This document shows, piece by piece, positions 53,411-64,000 of a stretch of 64,000 nucleotides of DNA. Numbering within the stretch: the stretch's first letter is position 1; each line of letters starts with the position of its first letter. The stretch is taken from the NCBI GenBank assembly GCA_963823665.1, contig CAWGMQ010000007.1:352001-416000 (forward strand), read 5' to 3'. This DNA comes from an uncultured Planctomycetota bacterium. GTDB taxonomy: Bacteria > Planctomycetota > Planctomycetia > Isosphaerales > Isosphaeraceae. The notes under the pieces are model-generated. The model saw only the letters and a list, made by a program, of their open reading frames with translations, was not told the origin of the DNA and ran no database searches. The translations under genes and the position numbers were made by a program.

Positions 53411-56400
53411 ATGACTCGCATCGAAGTGAAGCCTGAGCGATGGCGCCGCCGAGGGACCAAAGCCGGCAGAAGCCGGCGGCTGCGGCCGATGGTGATGGCG
53501 CTCGAGGGCCGTGCGCTGCTCTCGACGATCTCCGTCAGCAACACGAGCGACAGCGGCGCCGGCTCGCTGCGCGCGGCGATCAACCAGGCGAATACGGACG
53601 GTGGGGGCGACACGATCGTCTTCTCCAGCCTGTTCGACACCCCGCAGACGATCACCCTGACCAGCGGCTACCTCGAGCTGACCGGAACCGAGGCCGGCAC
53701 CACGATCGCCGGCCCGGGCGCGAACCTGTTGTCTGTCAGCGGCGACGATGACAGCCGGGTGTTCCTGGTCGATACGAAAGTCACCGCGTCCATCTCGGGC
53801 CTGACGATCACCGGCGGCAACGCTGGCAAGTCCCGCGGCGGCGGTCTGTATAACAGGGGCGCGCTGAACCTGACCGATTGCACCGTCAGCGGCAACACGT
53901 CATCCGGGCAAGGCGGCGGCCTGGACAACTTCGGCACGATCTACAACACGGCCACGCTGAACCTGGCCGATTGCACCGTCAGCGGCAACTCCGCCCGGTA
54001 CGGCGGCGGGCTGCTGAACGACAACGGCGTTACCTCGCTGACCAATTGCACTGTCAGCGGCAACTCCGCCCGGTACGGCGGCGGCCTGGACAACGACGGC
54101 CTGACCTCGCTGACCAATTGCACCGTCAGCGGCAACTCCGCCCCCTACGGCGGCGGCCTGCGGAACTACGGCACGACCACGCTGACCAACACGATCGTCG
54201 CCGGCAACAACGGCGGCGACGTCTCGGGCAGCTACTCCGGAGGCAATAACCTGATTGGAGGCAACCCGCTCTTGGCGGCGCTGGGCGACTACGGCGGGCC
54301 GACCTTCACCATGCCCCCGCTCCCCGGTAGCCCTGCCATCGGCGCGGGCACAACCACCGGCGCCCCCGCCACCGACCGGCGCGGCCAGCCGCGCTCCGGT
54401 ACCAACGACATCGGCGCCTTCCAGGGACAGGGCGCCACCTGGGTGGTCAACGACGCATCCGACGGCGTCGGCTCCCCACCCGGCGGGCTCAGCCTCCGCC
54501 AGGCGATCAACCTCGCCAATGCCCTCGGCACGGCCGACACGATCACGTTCTCGAGCCTGTTCGACACCTCCCAGACGATCACCCTTACCGCCGGGCAGCT
54601 CTCGCTGACCGACAATGCGACCATCACCATCGATGGCCCCGGGGCCAAGCTGCTGACGGTCAGCGGCGGCGGTAAGAGCCGGGTGTTCGACGTCGAGGGT
54701 GGTTCCGCGGCGCTTGAGGGCCTGACGATCAGCGGAGGTAACGCCTCGACCGGCGGTGGACTTTTTGACCACGGCGGCATGTTGTCGCTCGCCGACTGCA
54801 CCATCAGCGGCAACTCTGGTGTCGTTGGCGGCGGCCTGTATAACAGCCAGGGCGGCGCGACCTCAATGACCAGTTGCACCTTGAGCGGTAACTCCGCCCG
54901 GTACAGCGCCGGCGGCCTGTTTAACTGGGGCACGGCCACGCTGACCAATTGCACGTTGAGCGGCAACAACACCGGCAGGGGCGGCGGCGGCCTGTTCAAC
55001 GACCAGGGCGGCACGGCCACGCTGACCAATTGCACCTTGAGCGGCAACACCGCCGCCGGGCCCGGCGGTGGCCTGTATAACGACGACGGCACGACCAACC
55101 TGACCCTGACCAATTGCACCGTCAGTAGCAATTACTCCCGCTATTGCGGCGGCCTGGACAACTCCGGCACGGCCACGCTGACCAACACGATCGTCGCCGG
55201 CAACGACGGCGGCGACGTCTCCGGCAGCTACACCGGGGGCAATAACCTGATTGGCGGCAACCCGCTCTTGGCGCCTCTGGGCGACTACGGCGGGCCGACT
55301 CAGACCATGGCCCTGCTCCCCGGCAGCCCGGCCATCGGCAAGGGCATCATCGTCGACTACCCGGGCACGAGTACGCCGATTGTGACCGACCAGCGTGGCG
55401 AGAAGCTCGACTCACCCACCCCCGACATCGGCGCCTTCCAGAGCCAGGGCTTCACGCTCACCCCGGTCGCCGGCAGTACCCCGCAGTCGACCATGGCGGG
55501 CGCGGCTTTCGCCAACCCACTGCCTGTCACCGTGACGGCCAACAACCCGGTCGAGCCGGTCGACGGGGGCGTCGTCAACTTTGCCGTCCCGACGGCGGTC
55601 GGCGGCGCCTCGGCGACGCTCTCGGCCGCCACCGTGATGATTGCCGACGGCCAGGCGGCGGTGAACGCCACGGCTAACCTCACGCTCGGGTCGTACACCG
55701 CCGCCGCGTCGGCGGCCGGCGCCGGTCAGGTCGGCATCTCGCTGACGAACACGCAGCCCTACAGCCTGGTGGTCAATGCCACAGAAGACCTGCCGCTCGA
55801 GACCGACGCACAGAACAGCCTGCGCGCGGCGATCAACTACGCCGACACACTCACCGGCCCCATTATCATCACCTTCGACGCCTCCGTCTTCGGCACGACG
55901 CCGCAGACGATCACCCTGACCGGGGGCCAGCTCGTGCTGAACGGCGGGGCGACCATCACGATCGCCGGGCCCGGGGCCGAGCTGCTGACCGTCAGCGGCG
56001 GCGGCACGAGCCAGGTCTTCGACATCGAGGGAGGGTCGCTGGCGCTCGCGGGGCTGACGATCAGCGGAGGTAATGCCGCGAACGGCGGTGGACTTTATGA
56101 CCACGGCGGCATCTTGTCGCTCACCGACTGCACCGTCAGCGGCAACTCCGCTGGGGCCGGCGGCGGCCTGTTTACCAGCCACGGCGGCACGACCTCGTTG
56201 ACCGGCTGCATCGTCAGCGGCAACACCGCTACGCTCGGCGGCGGCCTGCTTAACTACGGCACGGCCACGCTGACCGAATGCACCATCAGCAGCAACACCG
56301 CCGGAGCTGGGCAAGGCGGCGGCCTGGCCAACCTCGGCACGGCCAAGGTCACCGTGACCGATTGCACCGTCAGCGGCAACTCCTCCGCCGGCGGCGGCGG

Positions 56401-59400
56401 CCTGTTCAACCTCGGCGCGGCCACCGTGACCCTGGCCAATTGCACGGTCAGCGGCAACTCTGCTGGCGCTGGGGGAGGCGGCGGCCTGGCTAACAACAAC
56501 GGCTTGATCTCGCTGACCAATTGCACCGTAAGCGGCAACACCGCTGGCGACGGCGGCGGCATAGCCGACGGCGGTTTCACGCCCAGCCTGACCCTGACCA
56601 ATTGCACGCTCAGCGGCAACACCGCCCCGACCGGCTCGGGCGGCGGCCTGGTGATCCCGAGCGGCGGCACGACGACGCTGACCAACACGATCGTCGCCGG
56701 CAACAACGGCGGCGACGTCTCCGGCGGCACGCCCGGCGGGGCCAACAACCTGATCGGCGGCAACCCGCTCTTGGCGGCGCTGGGCGACTACGGCGGGCCG
56801 ACCTTCACCATGCCCCCGCTTCCCGGTAGCCCGGCAATCGGCGGGGGCACAACCACCGGCGCCCCCGCCACCGACCGGCGCGGCCAGCCGCGCACCGGTA
56901 CCATCGACATCGGCGCCTTCCAGGGACAGGGCACCACCTGGATGGTCAACGACGCATCCGACGGCGTCGGCTCCGCACCCGGCGGGCTCAGCCTCCGCCA
57001 GGCGCTCAACCTCGCCAATACCCTCGGCACGGCCGACACGATCACCTTCTCGAGCCTGTTCGACACCCCCCAAACGATCACCCTGACCGGCGGGCCGCTC
57101 TCGCTGACCGACAAGGCGACCACCACCATCGATGGCCCCGGGGCCAAGCTGCTGACGGTCAGCGGCGGCGGTAAGAGCCGGGTGTTCGTCGTCGAGGGTG
57201 GTTCCGCGGCGCTGGCGGGCCTGACGATCAGCGGCGGCAGCGCCGACGACGACGGCGGCGGCCTGTTGAACAACGGCGGCACGCTCGGGCTGAGTGACGT
57301 CACGGTCACCGGCAATGTGGACGCCAATGACGGCGGCGGCGTGTACACCGCCTCCGGCACGACCACGCTGACCGATTGCGTCGTCAGCGGCAACTCCGCT
57401 GCGGACGGCGGCGGCGGCTTGTTTAATAGCCCGGGCGGCGCAACCTCGCTGACCGATTGCACCTTGAGCGGTAACTCCGGCCGGTACAGCGCCGGCGGCC
57501 TGTTTAACCAGGGCACGGCCACGCTGACCAATTGCACCTTGAGCGGCAACACCACCACCAAGGACGGCGGCGGCCTGTTGCAACGGCGAGGGAGGCACAG
57601 CCACGCTGATCGATTGCACCTTGAGCGGCAACTCCGCCTCTGGGCACGGCGGCGGCCTGTTTAGCGACGGCGGCTCGACCTACCTGACCCTGACCAATTG
57701 CACCGTCAGTGGCAACTCAGCCCCCGATGGCGGCGGCCTGCGTAACTACGGCACGGCCACGCTGACCAACACGATCGTCGCCGGCAACTCGAGCGTGGAC
57801 GTCAGCGGCCCGATCTCGGACAGCGCGAACAACTTGGTCGGCGGTAATCCGCTGCTGGCGCCTCTGGGCGACTACGGCGGGCCGACCCAGACCATGGCCC
57901 TGCTCCCCGGCAGCCCGGCCATCGGCAAGGGCATCATCGCCGACTACCCGGGCACGAGTACGCCGATCACGACCGACCAGCGGGACCTCAAGCTCGACTC
58001 GCCCACCCCCGACATCGGCGCCTTCCAGAGCCAGGGCTTCACCCTCACCCCCGTCGACGGCAGCAACCCGCAGTCGACCATGGCCGGCGCGGCATTCGCC
58101 AACCCGCTGGCCGTCACCGTGACGGCCAACGACCCCCTCGAGCCGGTCGACGGGGGCGTCGTCAACTTTGCCGTCACGACGGCGGCCGGCGGTGCCACGG
58201 CGACGCTCTCGGCGGCCACGGTGATCGTCGCCGGCGGCCAGGCCAGCGTGACGGCCACGGCCAACGTCAAGCTCGGCCAGTACTCGGCCAGCGCTAGTGC
58301 GGTCGGGGCCGGTCTAGCCGGCTTCTCGTTGACCAACACCCAGGCGTACAGCCTGGTGGTCAATACCACCCAGGACCTGCTGCTCGAGACCGACGGACAA
58401 AACAGCCTGCGCACGGCGATCAACTACGCTGACACCCTCACCGGCCCCAGCACCATGACCTTCGACCCGGCCGACTTCGGCACCACGCCCCAGACCATCA
58501 CCCTGATCCTCGGCGAGCTGACGCTCTCCAACACAGCCACCATCACGATCGTTGGTCCAGGGGCCAAGCTGCTGACGTTGAGCGGCGGCGGTAAGACCCG
58601 GGTGTTCGACATCGAGGGAGGGTCGGCGGCGCTCGAGGGGCTGACGATCACGGGCGGTAACAGCGTCTCCAGCTCTAACGACTCGAGCGGCGGCGGACTT
58701 CTTGTCAACGGCGGCACGTTGTCGCTGACCAATTGCACCGTCAGCGGCAACTCCGCCCCTGGGCAGGGCGGCGGCCTGTGGGAATACCACGGCAGTCTGT
58801 CGCTGACCGATTGCACCGTCAGCGGCAACTCCGCCCCCTATGGCGGCGGCGGACTTTTTGACAACGGCGGCACGTTGTCGCTGACCGATTGCACCGTCAG
58901 CGGCAACTCCGCGCCCTCTGGCGACGGCGGCGGCCTGGACAACAAGTACGGCACGGCGACGCTGACCAATTGCACCCTCAGCGGCAACACCGCTGTGAAC
59001 TTCGGCGGCGGCCTGTATAGCACCTGGAACACCAGGACCACGCTGACCGATTGCGCCGTCAGCAGCAACTCCGCGGCGTACGGCGGTGGCCTGCTTAACA
59101 AGGGCGGCTTCGCCACGGCGGCGCTGATCCTGACCGATTGCACTTTCAGCGCCAACTCCGCTGGCGCTGGGAAGGGCGGCGGCCTGCTTAACGATGGGGC
59201 GGCCGCGCTGACCGATTGCACCGTGAGCGGCAACACCGCGGCGGATGGCGGCGGCCTGTTTAACGCCGGCACGGCCGCGCTGACTGATTGCACGTTGAAT
59301 GGCAACACCGCTGCGGGCGCCCACCAGGGCTACGGCGGAGGCCTGTATAACCTGGACACGACCACGCTGATCAATTGCACCTTGAGCGGCAACGACGCTG

Positions 59401-61380
59401 CGCACGGCGGCGGCCTGGACAACAGCGGCTCGGCCATTGACTCGGCCATTGCGGCCCTGACCGGTTGCACGGTGAGCGGCAACACCGCTGTCGGCAGCGG
59501 TGGCCTGGGTAACTACGGCGGCGGCCTTTATAACTTCAGCGGGGACTCGATGGCGCTGACCAACACGATTGTCGCCGGCAATGGCGACGGCGGCGCCGCC
59601 AGTGACATCGCCGGTCCCGGTACTGCTTCGGGCTCGTTTGACCTGATTGGCACCGGCGGCTCGGGTGGGCTGATCAACGGGGTCGACCACAATATAGTCG
59701 GCGTCGCCGCCCCCATGGTCGGCACGCTGGGCAACTATGGCGGGCCGACGCAGACGATCCCGCTCCTACCCGGCAGCCCGGCGATCGGCGGGGGCACCAC
59801 CGGCGGCGCCGCCACCGACCAGCGCGGCCAGCCGCGGACCGGGCACGTCGCCATCGGCGCCTTCCAGAGCCAGGGTTTCACCCTCACCCCCGTCACCGGC
59901 AGCAGCCCGCAGACGGCCGCACCCGGGACGGCGTTCCAGAACCCGCTGGTGGTGACGGTGACGGCCAACAACCCCGTCGAGCCGGTCGACGGCGGGGTGA
60001 TCACATTCACCGCGGCGTCGGCCGGCGGCGCTTCGGCCAAGCTCTCGGCCGCCTCGGCGACCATCGCGGGCGGGCAGGCCGCAGTGACCGCCACGGCCAA
60101 TGGCAGAGCCGGAGGTTATTCCGTCACTGCGACGGCCGCCGGAGCCTCTTCGGCCCCTTTCTCCCTGACCAACGGCCAGACGCTGGCATCACCCGGCCCG
60201 ATCCCGACGCCTGCACCGTCCCCCACCCCCGGCCCGACAACGACCGCTCACGATGTGGTGCTCGAGTTTTACAACCTGGCGAGCCTGCGCAGCGATCGCT
60301 TACGCCGACAACCACGCAGGTCCCGACACCATAACCTTCGATCCCGACCCGCAGGGCACCAAGCGTCGGACGATCCGGCTGGTCGGTGGCCCGCTGGTGC
60401 TCACCAACCCGGCCACCACCACGATCATCGGTCCGGGTGCCCGATTGCTAACGATCAGCGGCGGCCGCAGGAGCCGGGTTTTCGACATCCAGCGCGGTTC
60501 GCTGGCGCTAGAAGGAATGACAATCACCGGCGGTTCGGCTGTTCGCGGCGGCGGCATACTCAACGACCGCGGTACACTGGCACTGGACCACGTCGTCCTC
60601 CGCGGCAACCGCGCCCTCGTTGGTGGCGGCCTTTACAACAACGGTGCGGCGACGCTCTTCGACGTGGTGATCCGCGGCAACACCGCCCGTTCGGGCTCTG
60701 GCCTTTTCAGCGCCCGCGCAGCGACCCTCAACTGGCGCGACCTCACGCGTCCTGAGTCCACGCATCCGATCGTCGTCGATCACTTCAACGGCAAGGGCGG
60801 AATCCCCACGAACTGGACACAGTTCGAAGGTCAACCGGGCGACGTCGTTGAGAAGCCGCACCATCTCACCATCACTGACTCCGCCGGCAACTCCGCGGGG
60901 ATCGTGTCGACTGCGAACACTGTGCCCTTCAATCCCGTGGGGGTGAAGACGACGATCGTGGCGCGGATCAAATCGCTCAATTCGAATGCCAGCGCCATGT
61001 TCGGACTCATTGGCCTGGACGCGCAAAATTCGCCGGCGGGGTACCTGGCGGCGGGGATCGATGCTCACGGCAACGTGTTCATCGTCTCGAGCATCGCCCC
61101 GACGCTCAAACTGACGCCGAAGCTGATCGGCGCGGTCAAGGGCTACAGCGGCAAATCGATCACCTTGACTTTCACCATCAAGTCAATGGGTGTCGAAGTG
61201 GAGGGAGGGGGCTTCAAATCCGGCTTGATCCGCTTCAAGGACTTATCCAATTTCTCGCTGGCGGCTGCATTCCCAAACGGCAATGCGCGCCCGGCGCTGG
61301 GGGCAGCGAGTCAGCCGGGTCAGAGCGGCGGCTCGGCGAGCTTCGGCTCGATCCGGGTCAGCACGGTCCTCGGGAGGTGA
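53411..61380 (+). CDS. Giant (~2650 aa) beta-helix / CSLREA-like / choice-of-anchor-Q adhesin; frameshifts at ~57580 and ~60290
   Basis: Leader LEGRALLS; dozens of LTNCTVSGNSA..GGGL.N repeats; LGDYGGPT.TM.LLPGSPAIG..DIGAFQ modules. Extra G at 57580 relative to the paralogous copy near 54994; two bases missing near 60290 relative to the copy near 63400. Confidence 0.88.
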
Positions 61381-61559
61381 TGAAGCGCGGCGGCGGCGAT
61401 CGCGGCGGCACGCTGGCGCTGGACCACGTGATCCGCGGCAACAGCGATTGTATCCAAAACGGTCTGTTTAACTCACGGCGGGCGAAGTTTTCCTGGCGGC
61501 AGTTGCCGACAGAGGATGCGTAAGTCTCGGTTTTCCCTCGAATTACCGGAGAATTCAGC

Positions 61560-63922
61560 ATGAATCTCATCGAGCTCAAGTCTGATCGCGGGCGCGGACG
61601 AGGGACTATCGGCGCCAAAACCCGGCGGCTGCGTCCGTCTCTCATGGCGCTCGAAGGTCGCACACTGCTCTCGACCTTCACGGTTACCAGTACCGACGAC
61701 AGCGCCCCGGCCGGCAATCCGGCCGCCGGAACGCTGCGCTGGGCCGTCGAGCAGGCCGACACGAATGATCAGGCCGACACGATTGTCTTTTCCAGCCTGT
61801 TCGACACGCCCCAGACAATCGCCCTCGACCAAGGCACACTGCAGATCACGGACACGGCGAAGACAACATTCACCGGCCCGGGGGCCAGCCTTTTGAAGGT
61901 CGACGGCAGCGCGGGGCCCGGCGGCCCGGTCTTCGAGGTCACGAAGGGTGCGGCGGCGGCGCTCTCGGGGCTCACGATCACCGGCGGCTACGCGAATGAC
62001 GCGGGTGGTGGTGTGTTCAACGACGACGGCCAACTGACGATGACCGACGTGGTCGTGCGCGGCAACGAGGCGGGCAGCACCGACAGTTCCCCGGTCGGCG
62101 GCGGCCTGGCCACGTGGGACGGCGGCACGACCACGCTTTCCAACTGCACGATCAGCGGCAACGCTGTCTCTAACGGAGGCAGCGGCAGTAGCGGCGGCAT
62201 CTACAATGGATCTTACGACACGCTAATCATGACCGACTGCACGATCAGCAACAACTCCGACACCCAGTCTGGCGGTGGCCTTTTCAGCGCCGGCAACGCC
62301 ACGCTGACCGATGTCACCATCGCGGGCAACTCCGCGCCCACAGGCGGCGGCCTGGTCAGTACCGGCACGCTCGCGATGGTCGGCTGCACCGTAAGCGGCA
62401 ATTCGGCCGGCCTTGGCGGCGGCCTGCTGACATACGAAGGCGGCGATATCAAGCTGACCAGTTGCACGATCAGCGGGAACATCGCCGCCGGCGTCAGCCC
62501 CTTCAGCGGCCAGGGCGGTGGCGTATTCAACTTCCGCGCCACTCTGACGCTCACCAACTGCACCCTCAGCGGCAACTCGGCGGGTGTCAGCGGCGGCGGA
62601 CTGCAAAACGGGAGCTCGGGGCCTCCGGTCTTCGCGACGTCTGGAGCAACCGCGGCGGGTGCCACCCGCGGCGTCAATGACGATCAAAGCACGATCTCTT
62701 TGACTAACTGCACCGTTAGCGGTAACACCGCCTACGACATTGGCGGCGGGTTGGCGAATTACGATACGCTCTCGCTGACGAACACGATCGTCGCCGGCAA
62801 TAGTGGCGGCGACGTCGTCGACTCCGGCGGTTCGCAGACCGGCAGCAATAACCTGATCGGCGGCAACTTGCTGCTTTCGCCCCTCGGCGATTACGGCGGC
62901 CCGACTGCCACCATGGCCCTGCTTCCCGGCAGCCCCGCCATCGGCGGTGGCACGAGCGGAGGCGCCCAAGCCTCGACCAGCGCGGACAGCCACGCTCGGG
63001 GCACGTCGACATCGGCGCCTTCCAAAGTCAGGGCTTCACGATCGCACCCACGGGCGGCAGCAACCCCCAGTCGACCCCGGTCAATCAGCCGTTCCCGAAG
63101 CCGCTGGTCTTTACCGTGACGGCCAATAATCCCGCCGAGCCGGTCGACAGCGGCATCGTGCGCTTCGTCGTCACATCACCTGGCGGCGCCTCCGCCAGGC
63201 TGTCGGCCTCTACAGCGACCATCGCCGGCGGCGTGGTGACTGTCACAGCTACGGCCAACGCGACGATGGGCAACTACGTCGTCAGCGCGACGGCCACCGG
63301 GGCGGACCCAGACGGATTCATCTTGACCAACACCGAGCGACCCAGCCTGGTTGTCACGACCAACCTGGATACCCTGGACGACACCGACGGCCTGACCAGC
63401 CTGCGCGAGGCGATCGCTTACGCCGACAGCCTCCCAGGACCGAGCACCATCACCTTTTCCCGCGCCGTCTTTGGCACCAAGCGTCGGACAATCCGGCTGA
63501 CCGGCGGACCACTAGTCCTCTCTGACCCGGCCACCACCACGATCGTCGGCCCAGGCGCCAGGCGGCTGACGATCGGCGGCGGCGGCAAGAGTGGGGTCTT
63601 CGACGTCGAGGGTGGGTCGCTCTCCCTCTCGGGCGTAACGATCGCCAACGGTAACGCCGACCTCGGAGGCGGGCTGCGGAACGACGGTGGCAGGCTCGTG
63701 CTGACCAACGTGTTGATTCAGGGCAATCGCGCCATCGTCGGCGGAGGGCTATTCAACGACGGCCGCACAACGCTCAGCGCCGTGTCGATCAAGGGCAACC
63801 GCGCCCGCGTGGGCAGTGGAATGTTCAACACCCGCGCGGCGACACTCGTGTGGCGTCGGACTCCGGCGGCCATCCGCCAAATGGCCCGCGTTCACCGCAC
63901 CGAGACGGAGCCAACACCGTGA
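61560..63922 (+). CDS. Beta-helix / CSLREA / choice-of-anchor-Q exported protein; frameshift near 62968
   Basis: Leader LEGRTLLS; GGG repeats; TSLREAIAYA; ORFs 61560..63119 and 63116..63922 join via a one-base loss in a C run. Confidence 0.87.
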
Positions 63923-64000
63923 ATCGCACGCTTCCCAGCACCCCGGCGTCGTATGTGCTCGCCACCGGCGAGGCTGCTGCGCACCGCCTGCGCATCTTGC
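63919..64000 (+). CDS. Probable class I SAM-dependent methyltransferase, N-terminus only (runs off window)
   Basis: GTGA start/stop overlap; (M)NRTLPSTPASYVLATGEAAAHRLRIL resembles the 'YVL...E..RL..L' N-terminus of this family. Confidence 0.45.
   Translation, partial: MNRTLPSTPASYVLATGEAAAHRLRIL

Noticed and set aside
53800..59600. Repeated 'ctgaccaattgcaccgtcagcggcaac' units with variable spacers as a CRISPR array
   Set aside because: The units are in-frame coding beta-helix rungs with synonymous variation; no cas genes and no leader.
55412..59690. Long minus-strand ORFs (739 aa, 458 aa) and similar ones such as 21680..23152
   Set aside because: Antisense shadows caused by high-GC codon bias in well-supported opposite-strand genes.
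53290..61505. Degenerate intergenic repeat copies as DGR template repeats
   Set aside because: Differences include indels and are not adenine-specific, and there is no reverse transcriptase in the window.
640..62970. About 15 frameshifts as programmed frameshifting, phase variation or mass pseudogenisation
   Set aside because: They are 1-2 base indels, often in short G/C runs, scattered over unrelated genes with no accompanying in-frame stops or slippery heptamers. Paralogous repeats show the intact sequence (e.g. 7559, 57580, 60290). Most consistent with long-read consensus error; needs read polishing to confirm.
1..64000. tRNA, rRNA, riboswitch or IS elements
   Set aside because: No recognisable cloverleaf, rRNA, terminal inverted repeat with transposase, or riboswitch consensus seen by eye. 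A covariance-model scan was not possible.

Overview
High-GC bacterial genomic window, almost certainly Planctomycetota (Isosphaeraceae/Singulisphaera-like). The diagnostic content is DUF1501 and PSD1/planctomycete-cytochrome-c genes, ECF sigma factors with long C-terminal extensions, an ECF/WD40-Ser/Thr-kinase pair, and ten secreted-type proteins with the R-rich 'LExRxLL' planctomycete leader. I saw no rRNA, tRNA, CRISPR array, transposase or integrase. About 15 single-base frameshifts split otherwise intact genes; most look like long-read indel errors. The most interesting observations are: (i) a hydrophobic helical, pore-former-like block inserted into the beta-helix of a HAF-repeat surface protein; (ii) a toxin-less HINT autoprocessing protein ending HDN-S, followed by an Imm32-like ORF; (iii) a tandem array of beta-helix adhesins in which a shared ~200-aa C-terminal domain is followed in both copies by a decayed copy of the terminal repeat, suggesting tip swapping; (iv) a sigma-54-type promoter ahead of two exported protease-inhibitor-like genes; (v) a lipoprotein/V8-like protease cluster; (vi) an orphan DPPH-type methyltransferase next to an FG-GAP gene remnant. 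All family assignments are from motif recognition by eye, not database searches.
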